From sequence record DRR378314_95: a stretch of DNA of 27,215 nucleotides; one strand, 5' to 3'. This document shows positions 26,502 through 27,215 of the stretch, one piece after another. The position numbers and the translations under genes are program-made. Position 1 is the first letter of the stretch, and every line of letters begins with the position of its first letter. The notes below the pieces were generated by a model, which was not told where the DNA came from, did no database searches, and was given only the letters and a program-made list of their open reading frames with translations.

Positions 26502-26619
26502 TTCAGGTACATTCCCTGCTTGATTGATCACGTGAAATGGGGCTTTGACAGCGTGCGGCGTTCATGGCAAGCGCCCGCCCATATCAAAATCAGAGAAGAC
26601 CATAAGGAGGCTGTCTCCC

Positions 26620-27132
26620 GTGTCGAAAGACAAACTTGGAACCAAACAGGTCTGCCCTTCCTGCGAGGCACGCTTCTACGACCTGAACAAGCGCCCCTGC
26701 GTCTGCCCGAAATGCGGCGAGGAATTTGATCCGGAAGACGAAGTCATCCGCACCACCATCACCAAGGTAAAAGCCAAGGCTGCAAAGGCCGCGGTCAAGA
26801 CCGAGGATGATGATGAAGATGACGACGAAGAGGATGCCACCGCCCGCACCAATGACGACATTGATGATGAGGACGACGAATCCGACGAGGAAGAAGCCAA
26901 GGAACTTGGTGGCGACGAGGAAGAAGTTATCCTCGAAGGTTCGTCCGATGAGGACGAAGACGGCGATACGCCAGCGAAAGTCCCGGCCGGATTCAATGAA
27001 GACGGCGTGGATGACGATGATGATGACGACATCCTGCTGGATGACGATGATGACACTGACTTCGAAATCGATGCAGACGCCGACGATGACGACGACGATC
27101 TGACTCTCGATGATGAGGAAGATGAAAAATAG
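26620..27132 (+). CDS. TIGR02300 / FYDLN_acid family protein
   Basis: AAGGAGG SD and GTG 26620; LGTKQVCPSCEARFYDLNKRPCVCPKCG zinc ribbon plus long Asp/Glu tail; typical position between aroA and tRNA-Ala. Confidence 0.93.
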   Translation: MSKDKLGTKQVCPSCEARFYDLNKRPCVCPKCGEEFDPEDEVIRTTITKVKAKAAKAAVKTEDDDEDDDEEDATARTNDDIDDEDDESDEEEAKELGGDEEEVILEGSSDEDEDGDTPAKVPAGFNEDGVDDDDDDDILLDDDDDTDFEIDADADDDDDDLTLDDEEDEK

Positions 27133-27134
27133 AC

Positions 27135-27163
27135 TTGAAACCCGGAAGCGGCGGATGTAACTG
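27135..27163 (+). promoter_or_regulatory. Sigma70-like promoter for tRNA
   Basis: TTGAAA-N17-TAACTG, 15 nt upstream of the tRNA. Confidence 0.5.
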
Positions 27164-27178
27164 CGTCGCTTCCGGTTC

Positions 27179-27215
27179 GGGGCCATAGCTCAGTTGGGAG
27201 AGCGCTTGCATGGCA
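27179..27215 (+). tRNA. tRNA-Ala(GGC), 5' half (truncated by window end)
   Basis: GGGGCCA-TA-GCTCAGTTGGGAGAGC-G-CTTGC-AT-GGC-A: acceptor stem 5' strand, D arm and anticodon GGC. Confidence 0.93.

Noticed and set aside
26800-27125. GAY/GAR-rich quasi-repeats resembling a tandem repeat or array
   Set aside because: Simply the Asp/Glu low-complexity tail of the TIGR02300 protein; no fixed repeat-spacer period.

Overview
Chromosomal window from an alphaproteobacterium; gene content and order suggest Caulobacterales/Hyphomonadales, possibly Hyphomonadaceae (inference, not searched). Bases 1-6700 are a general stress response (GSR) locus. It holds a PhyK-type HisKA_2 sensor kinase (truncated at the left edge and missing from the ORF track), ecfG/sigT, nepR, divergent phyR, a 47-aa membrane peptide, a Crp/Fnr regulator, a DUF883 operon and a SECOND nepR-like/ecfG-like pair. 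The second sigma keeps the -35-reading helix but has a rewritten -10-reading loop. Four GGAAC-N16-(C/G)GTT-type promoters are visible, one of them a variant. The rest is mostly housekeeping: hbd, gtrA-like, etfAB, yebC, a membrane protein plus wHTH regulator, GNAT, lpdA, a secreted trypsin-like protease with a DUF4384-like tail, fpr, rhodanese, xerC, SDR, mscL, ihfB, rpsA (with an unusual C-terminal helix-hairpin-helix extension), cmk, an OYE-family oxidoreductase, aroA, a TIGR02300 protein and the 5' half of tRNA-Ala(GGC). No CRISPR array, IS element or prophage was seen. All calls come from reading the sequence; no database searches were run.
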